Of a stretch of 64,000 nt of DNA, positions 28,576 to 38,393 are shown one piece after another. Below the pieces are notes generated by a model. It had not been told where the DNA came from. It saw only the letters and a list, made by a program, of their open reading frames with translations, and searched no databases. This DNA is from a virus (lineage: Duplodnaviria; Caudoviricetes). The stretch lies in the IMG/VR virus record IMGVR_UViG_3300042868_009047. One strand, written 5' to 3'. Within the stretch, counting starts at the first letter, position 1; each line of letters opens with the position of its first letter. The position numbers were made by a program, and so were the translations under genes.

Positions 28576-29526
28576 TTAGAATGGTAAATCGTCAATCTTT
28601 AACTGACCCGCTGGTGCGCTTTCTTCTTCTTCTTCAACACCACCATCAATATCAGTATCTTCTTCAGACATAGCAACTGGTGCTGGTGTCTCATACTTAG
28701 CTTTAGGTGTTGGTGCTGAAGTTCCTGTGTAGGTACTAACACCATCTTCAACTTTAGCGATAAAGCATTTTTGCTCAGCATCCCACATTGGTTCACTACC
28801 TTCCGCAACAATGTTTAAATATTCAACAGATTTTTTCTTGAAGACATCAGTCCATGCCATTGGATTGCTTAACCACTCAACTGATTGGTTTTCGTCCTCA
28901 GACAATTTAGACTCTCTATCAGGGATGATAGATGCAACTTTAGTAAAACCAACTTTGCTGTCTTTTGATTTATCTCTAAGCATAGAGATTGTAATGTCGA
29001 AACCTTCGAATGGGTTCCAGAATGCACCGTATTTTTTAACAAGTGGTGCAATTTTGTCCATAATACCTGAACCGTCTTGTACTGCTGGGAATCTCCAGAA
29101 TTTTACACCTTCATGCTCTTTACCACGTTCGATAACACGAACAATAAAGAACTGGCGTGATTTGTAGTTGATGGCCAATTTCTTGTCTTCTTTGTCCGCA
29201 CTCTTCATTAAGAATTTGTACATCTCATTCAAAGGAGATTCGTCACCATCTTGTGATGGATCATAAAGTTTTGTCCATCTCTTACCAATTTTTAGGTTGT
29301 GGAAATAACCAACTTTGTACCATTTGGTAGGATCGTCTTGGTTAGGAAGAATCCTAACTGATTTTTCACCACTTTGTGCACCCTCATCAAGTGCAATTGT
29401 GAAATACTTTGTTAAGTCGACAGAACTAGATTGGGTAGTCTGTGTTGTTTTCGACTTTGCTTTTTCATAGTCGGCCAGAGTGTCTGTTGCGGCCTTGGAC
29501 CAATCGATTTTTTTGTAGTCAATCAT
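28576..29526 (-). CDS. ssb: Single-stranded DNA-binding protein, T4 gp32-like
   Basis: VRILP...FHNLKIGK...KLYDP...SPL, FIVRVIERG, GVKFWRF, FDITI, and an acidic tail ending DDLPF. ATG at 29526 is preferred over the track start at 29571. Confidence 0.8.
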   Translation of the reverse strand: MIDYKKIDWSKAATDTLADYEKAKSKTTQTTQSSSVDLTKYFTIALDEGAQSGEKSVRILPNQDDPTKWYKVGYFHNLKIGKRWTKLYDPSQDGDESPLNEMYKFLMKSADKEDKKLAINYKSRQFFIVRVIERGKEHEGVKFWRFPAVQDGSGIMDKIAPLVKKYGAFWNPFEGFDITISMLRDKSKDSKVGFTKVASIIPDRESKLSEDENQSVEWLSNPMAWTDVFKKKSVEYLNIVAEGSEPMWDAEQKCFIAKVEDGVSTYTGTSAPTPKAKYETPAPVAMSEEDTDIDGGVEEEEESAPAGQLKIDDLPF

Positions 29527-29547
29527 AAATATATAAATTTTATGGTA

Positions 29548-29578
29548 CAATATTAAGAACAAAAAACCCAAAAAACAA
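29548..29578 (-). promoter_or_regulatory. Bacteroidota-type promoter upstream of ssb
   Basis: TTG-N20-TAATATTG (one mismatch to TAnnTTTG). Confidence 0.45.
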
Positions 29579-29604
29579 ACTTCTGGGGAAATATTTTTAA
29601 AATA

Positions 29605-29910
29605 TTAGAAAATTGACTTGTACTTTTTGATACCAAACACTAATAAACCTCTGTAAACACTAGTAGTTTCATTCAGACTTGCGTTTACCGCTGTAACCTC
29701 TAAAGACTGTAATGGTATTTCAATCATACCCATCATTGAGAACGTTATGTCATCAACACCGTTAATTGTTGCAACTATTGTATCGTTTGTATTACCTAAT
29801 GTTATAAAACCGTAATATTCTATTGTATAGTCAGCTGTATTTACAAAACCAATTGCTGGATCACCGACAGTTAGTTTTTGTGTAATTAATTCTTGTTGTA
29901 TATTATTCAT
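29605..29910 (-). CDS. Hypothetical protein
   Basis: 101-aa ORF starting 1 nt after the upstream stop. Confidence 0.7.
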   Translation of the reverse strand: MNNIQQELITQKLTVGDPAIGFVNTADYTIEYYGFITLGNTNDTIVATINGVDDITFSMMGMIEIPLQSLEVTAVNASLNETTSVYRGLLVFGIKKYKSIF

Positions 29911-29911
29911 A

Positions 29912-30673
29912 TTAATAATTGCTTACAGGTTTTTCGTTATTATTAGAATTATAGAAACTATTTTTAATGTCCATTTCATTATAATTGTTCATAAGGTTGT
30001 CCATCATAGATAATTTATCTGGTCTATTTTCAAGATCAGTTTGTGTTTTTGCTGAGTTTCCACCCATATACTCATCTTGTGTAACACTAAAAGGGTAAGA
30101 ATCTTTAGCCAAAGCTTTTCTTCTTTCCTCTTCGGTTGGTGGTCTCATCAACTCAACTTGTTTTGTTAAAGCGTTCATTTGTTGGATAACTGAGTCCATT
30201 TTTTGTAAACCCTGTTCAACACCACTAACTTTATTAATTATAGCCTCAATTTTAGAACTAGAATCAACAATTTTTTGCATGATACTATCTGTTTTGCCAG
30301 CTAATTCCTTGCTTGTATTAACTAAATCAGTCACATCAATTTCGGTGTCACCTTCAGCTGCGGCATCTGGAATCATCTCACCACCTTCTGGGGTAACAGG
30401 AGCTGCTTCCATACCTGGTTCAATACCCATTTCAGCATCTGGAACAGCTGTATCAACACCAACGTCTGTAGCAGGTGCCTCTACACCTAACTCAGCATCT
30501 GGAACAGCGGTATCAACACCAGCATCTGTAGCTGGATCTTCTTCAGTTGGGGCATCGCCCTCAGCTTCATAGAATTTATAATGATGACCTTCACCCAATT
30601 TTTCTTGGTAAGCCATAATGCTATTAAATCTTTTTACCTCTTCGGATAATACTTTATCTAAATTTTTGTTCAT
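29912..30673 (-). CDS. Hypothetical acidic protein with an internal repeat and coiled coil
   Basis: 253 aa; E/D/P/A-rich linker, then EIDVTDLV and a heptad region; ATGA overlap with the upstream gene. Confidence 0.75.
   Translation of the reverse strand: MNKNLDKVLSEEVKRFNSIMAYQEKLGEGHHYKFYEAEGDAPTEEDPATDAGVDTAVPDAELGVEAPATDVGVDTAVPDAEMGIEPGMEAAPVTPEGGEMIPDAAAEGDTEIDVTDLVNTSKELAGKTDSIMQKIVDSSSKIEAIINKVSGVEQGLQKMDSVIQQMNALTKQVELMRPPTEEERRKALAKDSYPFSVTQDEYMGGNSAKTQTDLENRPDKLSMMDNLMNNYNEMDIKNSFYNSNNNEKPVSNY
30421..30536 (-). repeat. Two imperfect 60-bp (20-aa) tandem repeats, PATD(A/V)GVDTAVPDAE(L/M)G(V/I)E
   Basis: tcagcatctggaacagc(t/g)gtatcaacacca recurs at a 60-bp period. Confidence 0.9.
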
Positions 30674-30897
30674 CTTAAATATGTTTTACGACTGTGACTT
30701 ATTGGTGATTCTTCTCTTAGTAATTCTCTACCATCTTCCATCATTAATTTCTTCTCAATCAATGTTCTTTCAATTAAACCGTCTTTTGTTTTTACATAAC
30801 AAACACCAGTTTTAATATCACAAACTTCTTCACCGATTTGTGCCTCTTCAATTTTTTTACCTAAAAATTGGTCTAATTTACTATTAAAATTGCTCAT
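30670..30897 (-). CDS. Hypothetical small protein (CDxxTGxC)
   Basis: 75-aa ORF preceded by the TATTTATA motif and coupled to the next gene. Confidence 0.7.
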   Translation of the reverse strand: MSNFNSKLDQFLGKKIEEAQIGEEVCDIKTGVCYVKTKDGLIERTLIEKKLMMEDGRELLREESPISHSRKTYLR

Positions 30898-30911
30898 ACG
30901 CTTTTATTTAC

Positions 30912-30921
30912 TATAAATATC
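30912..30921 (-). promoter_or_regulatory. Recurrent GATATTTATA motif
   Basis: 14 nt upstream of the ATG at 30897. Confidence 0.55.
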
Positions 30922-30974
30922 TGATATTTTAATAAAAGTTGGTATTACACCAAACTTATTCTAATTACCTTATT

Positions 30975-33900
30975 TTACCATTTTAACTTATCACTTGAGT
31001 TATTCATTTGTTTAAGATAATCAACCGCTGTTTCGCTTCTTACCCATACTTCAAATTGTTCAGCTTTAGCACCAATATGATAATTTTTAAACTGTTCACT
31101 CAGGTTGTCACCTTTTTTATCATTACATCCAGCACAAACCTCAACAATATTAGCAAAAAGAAATGCTGCTAAATAAGCGTTTAATTCTTCTGGTTTTAAA
31201 TTTGCAACTTTATCACCCTCTTTACCTCTCTTTGTAACTTTTGCACCTGACGTATCAATAGTTGACAATTTATTTTTATACGCATCACGGAATCTATCTG
31301 TATTGTTTTTCCAAGCACCTTCAGTCATATAAATCATCTGTGCAGCTACGGTTAATCCGATAATTTTAAAAGCTTCTTCAGTATCTTTTATTCCACCACC
31401 AATATATTTTGCGTTCCATTGTATTAAACCTAAAGATGCAAAACCATTTTCATCTTTTGGGTTTGTGGAATATGGGTTAAATGTACCACCAGTTTCTTTA
31501 TGTATATTACCTAAAACAGCTGCTACCTCAATTTTAGAAAAACCTTTACCCTTTAGGTAATTTTTAATTTCAATTTTATTAGCCTCAGTTTCAGCAGGTG
31601 TTACTGTTTTTACATCAGGGGATGCACTGTTAAAACTTAAATAAGATTCTGGGTCTTCATCACCATCTTTATTAATTGCAAAATAAGAATCCTTATTAGT
31701 CGCAACAACTTTACGAATTTCAAGATGTAAGTGAGGACCAGTACTTTTACCTATATTACCACTTTTAGCTATAATATCACCAGCACTAACAGTGGCACCA
31801 GCGCTTGTATTAATTGATGAAACGTGGCCATATAACGTTGATATACCTTTATCTTGGTGTGAAATTATAACTACCTGTCCATAACCAGTTGAGTCACCGA
31901 CATATACCACTTTACCAGGTAAAACTGAGAACACTGGAGTACCAACTGGTGTGGATAAATCAATACCTCTATGGAAATCTGGTTCACCATTAAGAACCCT
32001 ATTACCGTAACCAGAACCAATGGTAATAGATTTTAAAGGATCAACCCATCCACTTACCTTTGTTTTTTTACCGTTTGATAATTTTTTAGTTGGTGGTATA
32101 TAAATTTCTTTACTAGTAATATCTTTATCAAGTATCGTATAAGCTTTTGGAAACTCTTTAGTACCCAAAACATCTTTATTAATGTAACTCCTTACAGTTC
32201 TTTCTAAAACTATTTTTGATTTTATCTGATCCTCAAGACCTATGGCTATAAAGCTAATGTATGAGTTACCGTTACTAATAGCACCCAATACATCCGCTTG
32301 ATATTGTGTGGAGCCAGATAATTCACCAGTTGGTATAAAAGGGTCACCATATGTTGTGAGATACTTAAGTTTACCATTAGTATTTTGACTTTGTGTTGTC
32401 CCAGTTGCTGTCCCAAAACCAAGTACAACAGGTACACTATCATTATTATCCAGATAACCAGTTTTATAATTATTATAGGTGCCAATTTTTTTATAGATAC
32501 CAAGATTGTTAATAACCCCAATATTATCTCTATCTGTTGTTACTATAGGATAACCATCTGTTGTGACATAAGGGGTATAAACCTCAACAATCATTTCAGT
32601 GGTGTTTTGGAATTTTAAACCATTAACTATTATTTGTGGTTTTACACCATTATTTCCCACATAAAATGTTGAATACCTCTCTTTTATAGTACCAGAATTA
32701 GTAGGTATAGTTGAAGGTTGAACACCTGACTTAAAGTAAGTACCATCACTACCCTGCAATGGATTATTACCATAATATGATCTACTATTATTAACAGGGC
32801 TTTTAATTATTTGATAACCAGAAACCCCATTGTACTGCGCATCAATAGCTTCATACCTATTTGTGGCACTATTTAAATATTTAACAACAGCAAAATATTT
32901 TTGATCAGTTTTAATACCAGTAATTGATGCTGCGTCAAAATCAACAAATTGATCACCAGGGTTATTTTTTAATAAATTTAACAAGGAAGGGTTTATTTTA
33001 CTCGGTACTGAACCCTTTGTTTTAAACACATCATTTGTTAAACGATATCTACTAAAACCTTGTAATTCAGTAAAATTATTTGCTGGTTTATCTGAAACCC
33101 AATATGCCGAACCGATAAAATCATTTTTACTTTCATTAGAATGTGTACTTGGTATTTCGATATCAGAAGGGTATGTTATGGTTATTCCAGTTATTGTGGC
33201 AGTTGCATCTTCGGCTATAACACCACCAGCTGCTGTTGTAATTAATGTTGTTTTAATACCTGTTAATGGTTGGTCGTGTTCTAAATATTTAAAAACGTTG
33301 TTATCACCCCCCTCTAAAGTTGTTTTTGCGAATTCAGATAGTATTTCTTCATATGCTGTGTTGACTGTTGAGTATTCGCTTAATAAATTATATAATGATG
33401 TATCAACTCCTAATTTAACAGACATATCATATAAAACAATGTCCATAAAATATTTAATTGCTGTTGCTGGATCTGAACTACCAGATAATGTGTAAGCGTT
33501 ATTATATAGGTACGCAATTAAAGCTTTTATTAATAACTTATTATTCTGATCACCATTTGTCATTAAACGTAGATAGGCAGCTGTTACCCATAAACCGCTA
33601 TAGTTTACATAAAGGCCAGGATTTGCTGTTGTTGCTTGTGAAAATATACCATATTCATTATCAGTACCGTTGGTTTCTCTATTGTTATATGCGTAAACTT
33701 GTCCACTTGTTGGTACTTGTAATCTACTATTAGGATCAATATAACCAGCAGCTTCAGCATTAGCTTGTGCAGTTTTAAGTAATTGTTGTAATATAGAGGT
33801 GTTTGCCGTTGGTTTTTTTGATATTGGTTGTCTAACACCTTTAAACGTTGTTGTCATATTATTAGGTGTTATTTTATGGCTTACATTTGTAATCCAATAA

Positions 33901-36900
33901 CTTCCGTAAAATAACGGTACATTTTTAACATAAAAATATGTTAATGGTTGTATACCAGCATTACCTAAACTTGTAACGGTACAAGAATAAGATCTGTTTT
34001 CCATTGCGGTAAATAATTTACCGCTTGATAACTGAGTTATATTATCACTTGATGTTAAACTAACTTGAGTATATATACTTTCTTCTGTATTAGCAAATTC
34101 ATCCGTTGATAATTGGATGTTCTGGAACATATTTTGGTTCTTATTTCCAAAATCAACAATGAATGACGAAACATTTGAGTTTACGATGTCATTTGGTATA
34201 CCCTCATCTAAAATTTTACCTCTACCGTCTGGACCCAGTTGGGTTGTTTCTATGTCCATACAAAAGGTGTTACTTAAATCAAATTCAGATAAACTATTTT
34301 TCTTTTGTTTATTACCCGCAGAAACATTTGATGTTAATGAACCTAATTGGAATATAAATGCTGGGTTTGAATCAAACATTTCAAGATTGTTAAAAACACC
34401 AAACATATCATGGGCCACTTCAAATGGGTCTTTACTGTTTTTAACAGCACCGTTTAAGTTAACATAAGATGTTAAAGGTAATAACAGAAACTCATGGTCA
34501 CTTGCTAAAGTAGATAAAACGGACCACATTGATTTTGACCTTAATGTGTTTTCAACTTGTGTAACGTTTGTTAAATCATCGGCAATAACCTTTTTAAGTG
34601 CATCAATATTTGCTAATACCTTAGTACCGTAATCATTATTACCTCTATCAAGAACCGATGCATAATCATAAAGATCTTTTAATTTACCATCAATAAGACT
34701 TTTGTCAGCGCTTAATTTTTTATCAATACAATTTTCATAATCAGTATCATCAGTCTCAATATTAAAATTGAAGAATAATGGATGATTTAATATATCGCTT
34801 ACATTTATGGTTGCTAAATCTTTACTTCTTTTTTTAATTAATCTACTATCGTTTAGATCTATATTGTTAAACGAAACACTTCTATCATATAAGGTTTTAA
34901 TCCTATAGTAGGTACCTGTTCTTCTTTCAATCTCACCCTTGTCTAAATCTTCTTCATACTCATCAACAGAATTAGAATCTTTTAACGTACTAACTCCATC
35001 AATTTTTGATTTTGTTAGTTCTGAAAATTTCTTTAAACCCGTGTTAAACGCTTCTATTTGTTTTGTTAAAATATTTTTATTGGTGTAATCAATAAATTCT
35101 TTAAGTTTATCAACTGGTTTAAGATCGTCAATGGTATTAAATTCATATTTAACCTCTCCAACTTTTGTTAAAACACCACCTATAACTTTATTTGTTATAA
35201 TAAAATCGTCAATAGTATAATCAAATTCTTTATCAACCGCACCTTCAGCTGATGGGAATATTGTTGCATTCCTATTTGCTAAAAAAATAACGCCTGTTGT
35301 ATATTTACCCCCACTTAGAATCCCAAAATTATTTATATAACTTTTTAAATATGTTAATAATAATTTGAAATTACCTTCGGTAATTTCAATATTTAATGTA
35401 CTAAAGAATAATCTTGTTAATTCAGGTAATAATGTTTTACGAAGTTCTGGGTTAACAACTCTTAATCGCCAAACATCCAGATATTTATCAACCAAAGTGT
35501 TAAAATTATCTGGTATTGTTTTTACATCATACGGGCTAATTGGTTGGTCACCAAATAATAATGTTCTAAATAATAACCTATAGTCAAGTTTACTAATAAT
35601 ACTATCAGCTGTTCTTGTTTCACTAGCATACATTATTATCGGGTTAAATATGTTAGAATTTAACCTAAGACCTTCTGGGTTATCACCAGTATTATCTACA
35701 TATAAAGGCCCTGTTGTTGAATAGTTATTGATTGTTATTTTTGCGTTCATAAACTCATCAATAACAATTTTAGCCTTATTTTCTTGACCAATTGTTAAAG
35801 CGTAGTTTATTATTTTAGATACATCGTTTTTGGATGCAAACTCAATAAAATCACCAGAATAACCGCATAAAAAAGCTGATATTTCTTCTTTTGTGTATAC
35901 CCTATCTAATGTAACGCTATCTGGTAAATGTGTATAACCAAAAATATTTGTGTGTTTAATTAACGACTGAAAATTAAATGTATTAAATGCTTCTGTAAAA
36001 TAATTTTTTGTGTCCTTATCAACAAAATTTTTAAATAAAGCCCTAAAATCTTCTAATTTATCAACACCAAATATATCAATATATATGTCAATGTCAGACT
36101 TATAACCATCGAAATAAAAGGTTCTATCCTTTTCAAATTTTGAGTAGTCGTAAATCCAAAGGTTAGACTCAGCATCTAATGGATCACCCCATTCATATAA
36201 CTGTTTTACGTTATCACCATAGCCATATTGTGCCACCTCACGGTTATCAACAACTTTAATATCTTTTAAATGTTCACCATTTTGCGATCTATAAATCTCA
36301 GTATACGGGAAAACATTTCTTGTTTGGTCAAACCAAAATAATTTGGATGTGTTATTAATAAGCGTTCTGTTGTCAAAATATAATTCTTTAACTCCAGATG
36401 GATCTGTTGTATTTGCAATAATATACAAGTCATCATATCTATCAAGATTTGACGTTACCATTGGGTTTGTTATATTTGTGGTTATTAAACCAAGACCGTA
36501 TAAAGACTGGTTATATCTACTCAAAAAGAAATTATCGTTATCTGGTATTGATTTTGGTACCGTATTCTTTTGCGAATATTTAAGCGTGCTAACTAAACCT
36601 TTTAAATTTAAAAACTCAGTAAATGGGTTATTAATTGAAATGTTGTTTGGTAAGTTACCATAAAAAGTTTTGTAATCAAAATTTAAAGCACTTAATGTAT
36701 CATTGCTTATATTATCATAATATTTACCATCCGTATCAGTATTAGTAAATGATGATGTTGTTAAACCTGTAACATAAGAGTTACTTAAATCAGGTGTTTC
36801 TATAAATGTTGATACATTATTTGTTTTATGATAGGTATGATTTTTATTTGAAAATAATTCTTTAATATTAATCTCACCACCGCAGCTTGGGTAAACAACA

Positions 36901-38390
36901 TATGTACCTTGTTTATCTAATGGTGATAACCTAGAACCCTTTTCTGTGTTAAATTCTTTTGTCCATAAGGATAATAATAACTTTGAAACTTGTTCGTGTT
37001 GTTTTTCCTGGGTTTCTCCTAATATAAATAACAAAAAATCTATAGTTGTGTAAAGAGTATTTGTTTCATATTCCACAACATTCGTGAATGAATTTGGGTC
37101 CACATCATATAAAGATAATACCCTAACTGTTTTGTTAGGTCTTCTAGAATCTTTTTCAGCACCATCTGGGTAAAAAAGTAAATGTATTAATAATGCGGCA
37201 AAATCGGATAAAGGAACGTCATTAGATTTTGCTTTTAAATTATTAACGGTACATAAATCTTTTATTACTGTGTATAGATAATCTGTTGCGATGTACCCAC
37301 CAAGATAATTAGCTTTAATTTTTGACAGCATTAAAAAAAACTCAGTTTTTTTAGGTGATTTTGAAAAAACAAAATTAGTGTCAAGGGTTATTGTTTTTGT
37401 TAATGTATCTAACGCTGCTTTTAAACCGTTAAGGTCATGTTGAATTTTGGTTCCGTAATTGTTGTATGACGCTAAAAAATTAATTTGAGTGTCGTTATAA
37501 GTTTTAAAAGTTTTTAGGTTACCTTTAAAATTACCTATAATATGATAAGGTATACCGTTATTATTTCTCGTGTCAGTTATGTCAGTACCACCATCAAGAC
37601 CTTCCCCAAAAAAGAAATGGGACATCGAATTCATATAATTATTCAATACACCGTAACCACTAAATGGCATGTGTGATGAAATATTATTATTTAAAGATAA
37701 TTCAAGACCATAATTATAATCGTAATATTTTTCTTTATAGTTTTTACTAATATTAGTTTTACTAAAAGAATCACTACCATTACCAATCGAGTCATCAATA
37801 TGCCTTGGGGTAATTGGTTTTACAAATGGTGCTGTCGCTAAAATAAGGTTTTTATCATCAAACACATAGGTACCGTAATGTTTGTTCTTTACAATAGGGT
37901 CATCGAATAAATCATAACCGTTATTTGTTTTTAAACCATTTACAATGTCAAGATCAATTTTAGTATCTTTTTCGTAATCATTATAATAATAAAAATCATA
38001 TATACCACCAATTTTTAATATTGTGTGTATTGGTAATTCAACTAATCCTTGTGTTGTTTTAAAAGCTGTTCTTAGGAAAGATGTATCCAAAAAACCAAAA
38101 GAACCAAAATTTGATTCACATTTGATGGTATTTAAAAACATTTGGCCGCTTTTAAAAAATTTACCAGTGGTTGTTTCTTTAACCATGTTTTGTGCAAAAA
38201 TAGCGTGATTATTCACACCAGCATCTAGCATAGTATTTGGGTATGCGTTAGTATCTTCTAATTCTTTTCTGAGTGTTAAAAAAGTTCCATCAATAGTTTC
38301 CCCTGTAACACTACTCATCATAGCGTTTATGTCAATATCAGTATTTGATATATATCTTTTATCTAAAAAATTTTGATTATATGATGGCAT
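30975..38390 (-). CDS. Baseplate hub-like protein with C-terminal M23 peptidase and phage tail lysozyme domains
   Basis: Hub-like RSYSCTVTSLGN..IQP..GSYWITNVSHKI..TTTFKGVR (about 33825-34000); M23 HRGID...YGH...HLHLE (about 31700-32040); tail lysozyme AAVLGNIHKETG...LGLIQW (about 31400-31580). Confidence 0.8.
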   Translation of the reverse strand: MPSYNQNFLDKRYISNTDIDINAMMSSVTGETIDGTFLTLRKELEDTNAYPNTMLDAGVNNHAIFAQNMVKETTTGKFFKSGQMFLNTIKCESNFGSFGFLDTSFLRTAFKTTQGLVELPIHTILKIGGIYDFYYYNDYEKDTKIDLDIVNGLKTNNGYDLFDDPIVKNKHYGTYVFDDKNLILATAPFVKPITPRHIDDSIGNGSDSFSKTNISKNYKEKYYDYNYGLELSLNNNISSHMPFSGYGVLNNYMNSMSHFFFGEGLDGGTDITDTRNNNGIPYHIIGNFKGNLKTFKTYNDTQINFLASYNNYGTKIQHDLNGLKAALDTLTKTITLDTNFVFSKSPKKTEFFLMLSKIKANYLGGYIATDYLYTVIKDLCTVNNLKAKSNDVPLSDFAALLIHLLFYPDGAEKDSRRPNKTVRVLSLYDVDPNSFTNVVEYETNTLYTTIDFLLFILGETQEKQHEQVSKLLLSLWTKEFNTEKGSRLSPLDKQGTYVVYPSCGGEINIKELFSNKNHTYHKTNNVSTFIETPDLSNSYVTGLTTSSFTNTDTDGKYYDNISNDTLSALNFDYKTFYGNLPNNISINNPFTEFLNLKGLVSTLKYSQKNTVPKSIPDNDNFFLSRYNQSLYGLGLITTNITNPMVTSNLDRYDDLYIIANTTDPSGVKELYFDNRTLINNTSKLFWFDQTRNVFPYTEIYRSQNGEHLKDIKVVDNREVAQYGYGDNVKQLYEWGDPLDAESNLWIYDYSKFEKDRTFYFDGYKSDIDIYIDIFGVDKLEDFRALFKNFVDKDTKNYFTEAFNTFNFQSLIKHTNIFGYTHLPDSVTLDRVYTKEEISAFLCGYSGDFIEFASKNDVSKIINYALTIGQENKAKIVIDEFMNAKITINNYSTTGPLYVDNTGDNPEGLRLNSNIFNPIIMYASETRTADSIISKLDYRLLFRTLLFGDQPISPYDVKTIPDNFNTLVDKYLDVWRLRVVNPELRKTLLPELTRLFFSTLNIEITEGNFKLLLTYLKSYINNFGILSGGKYTTGVIFLANRNATIFPSAEGAVDKEFDYTIDDFIITNKVIGGVLTKVGEVKYEFNTIDDLKPVDKLKEFIDYTNKNILTKQIEAFNTGLKKFSELTKSKIDGVSTLKDSNSVDEYEEDLDKGEIERRTGTYYRIKTLYDRSVSFNNIDLNDSRLIKKRSKDLATINVSDILNHPLFFNFNIETDDTDYENCIDKKLSADKSLIDGKLKDLYDYASVLDRGNNDYGTKVLANIDALKKVIADDLTNVTQVENTLRSKSMWSVLSTLASDHEFLLLPLTSYVNLNGAVKNSKDPFEVAHDMFGVFNNLEMFDSNPAFIFQLGSLTSNVSAGNKQKKNSLSEFDLSNTFCMDIETTQLGPDGRGKILDEGIPNDIVNSNVSSFIVDFGNKNQNMFQNIQLSTDEFANTEESIYTQVSLTSSDNITQLSSGKLFTAMENRSYSCTVTSLGNAGIQPLTYFYVKNVPLFYGSYWITNVSHKITPNNMTTTFKGVRQPISKKPTANTSILQQLLKTAQANAEAAGYIDPNSRLQVPTSGQVYAYNNRETNGTDNEYGIFSQATTANPGLYVNYSGLWVTAAYLRLMTNGDQNNKLLIKALIAYLYNNAYTLSGSSDPATAIKYFMDIVLYDMSVKLGVDTSLYNLLSEYSTVNTAYEEILSEFAKTTLEGGDNNVFKYLEHDQPLTGIKTTLITTAAGGVIAEDATATITGITITYPSDIEIPSTHSNESKNDFIGSAYWVSDKPANNFTELQGFSRYRLTNDVFKTKGSVPSKINPSLLNLLKNNPGDQFVDFDAASITGIKTDQKYFAVVKYLNSATNRYEAIDAQYNGVSGYQIIKSPVNNSRSYYGNNPLQGSDGTYFKSGVQPSTIPTNSGTIKERYSTFYVGNNGVKPQIIVNGLKFQNTTEMIVEVYTPYVTTDGYPIVTTDRDNIGVINNLGIYKKIGTYNNYKTGYLDNNDSVPVVLGFGTATGTTQSQNTNGKLKYLTTYGDPFIPTGELSGSTQYQADVLGAISNGNSYISFIAIGLEDQIKSKIVLERTVRSYINKDVLGTKEFPKAYTILDKDITSKEIYIPPTKKLSNGKKTKVSGWVDPLKSITIGSGYGNRVLNGEPDFHRGIDLSTPVGTPVFSVLPGKVVYVGDSTGYGQVVIISHQDKGISTLYGHVSSINTSAGATVSAGDIIAKSGNIGKSTGPHLHLEIRKVVATNKDSYFAINKDGDEDPESYLSFNSASPDVKTVTPAETEANKIEIKNYLKGKGFSKIEVAAVLGNIHKETGGTFNPYSTNPKDENGFASLGLIQWNAKYIGGGIKDTEEAFKIIGLTVAAQMIYMTEGAWKNNTDRFRDAYKNKLSTIDTSGAKVTKRGKEGDKVANLKPEELNAYLAAFLFANIVEVCAGCNDKKGDNLSEQFKNYHIGAKAEQFEVWVRSETAVDYLKQMNNSSDKLKW

Positions 38391-38393
38391 CTT

